Positions 26,136-26,447 of a DNA stretch of 26,447 bases are shown here, in pieces. The stretch is taken from the IMG/VR virus record IMGVR_UViG_3300042994_000016, positions 1 through 26,447 of that record. The stretch is one strand, 5' to 3'. A program made the position numbers and the translations under genes. This DNA comes from a virus (lineage: Duplodnaviria; Caudoviricetes). The notes under the pieces were generated by a model. It did not search any database, was not told the origin of the DNA, and worked only from the letters and a program-made list of their open reading frames with translations. Each line of letters starts with the position of its first letter. Positions within the stretch are counted from its first letter, which is position 1.

Positions 26136-26181
26136 ACTTTTAATCAGTAGGTCCAGGGTTCGAATCCCTGCGCTCTCACCA
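26136..26181 (+). tRNA. 3' half of tRNA-Lys(TTT) forming the attR core; not a complete tRNA
   Basis: ACTTTTAATCAGTAGGTCCAGGGTTCGAATCCCTGCGCTCTCACCA has the anticodon loop, T-arm and CCA; no D-arm or 5' acceptor strand upstream. Confidence 0.9.
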
Positions 26182-26201
26182 GTTTAACCCGGACATCGAA
26201 G

Positions 26202-26447
26202 ATGAATACGCCTTGGAACAAGCCTGTTGTGGTTAAACTTGGCGATCCTCCCGTTGAAATAAAGATAGACACGACTCAAGCGGCGGCCTGGGCAATGATC
26301 GAGGATTGGCCGACAGAGGATGGCACGCTTCTTGATCGGGCGCTGTCGGTTTGTGCGGCAGTCGACGCCGGTCGGCGTAAGCCGGAAGAGGCGCGCCAAG
26401 CTTTTGCGGACGCCGCATCGGAAGCCGGGATTCTCGTCAGCGCTTAA
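26202..26447 (+). CDS. DUF982-family protein, outside the prophage
   Basis: W..PV...A...M.EDWP..DG....A...C......ARQAF..AA.EAGIL pattern. Confidence 0.8.
   Translation: MNTPWNKPVVVKLGDPPVEIKIDTTQAAAWAMIEDWPTEDGTLLDRALSVCAAVDAGRRKPEEARQAFADAASEAGILVSA

Larger units (their letters stand above)
1..26181 (-). mobile_element. Temperate siphovirus-type prophage (HK97-type head, non-contractile tail) integrated at tRNA-Lys; left end outside the window
   Basis: Collinear minus-strand integrase, replication, packaging, head, tail and lysis genes, bounded on the right by a tRNA 3' fragment next to the integrase. Confidence 0.95.

Noticed and set aside
26100-26181. Complete tRNA-Lys gene
   Set aside because: Sequence upstream of the anticodon loop cannot form the D-arm or pair with the acceptor strand; only the 3' half is present

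Overview
Nearly the whole window (1 to about 26181) is a compact temperate siphovirus-type prophage, probably from a Rhizobiales host (inferred from GC content, GTA-like tail genes and a DUF982 neighbour). It is integrated at tRNA-Lys(TTT): the 3' half of the tRNA at 26136-26181 is the right att site, and the left end lies beyond position 1. Core genes all read on the minus strand: tyrosine integrase, AlpA/Xis-like HTH protein, two small proteins, a RepB-type primase/DUF3987 fusion with a palindromic ori candidate, a DUF6456-like late regulator, HNH, TerS, TerL, HK97-type head genes, neck and tail genes with a likely -1 frameshift chaperone, tape measure, tail tip, beta-helix tailspike and a GH19-like endolysin cut by the window edge. 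Unusual points: (i) no cI/cro repressor is visible, and a PICI-like int-alpA-primase module drives a full virion; (ii) several regulatory and replication proteins carry ssrA-tag-like AANDN motifs and/or C-terminal -AA ends, suggesting control by SspB/ClpXP proteolysis; (iii) a hairpin hides the alpA ribosome-binding site; (iv) a four-hairpin RNA with an anti-Shine-Dalgarno loop precedes the packaging operon; (v) plus-strand accessory genes (morons) have general-stress sigma (EcfG/RpoE2) promoters. All family calls are from motif recognition by eye, not database searches.
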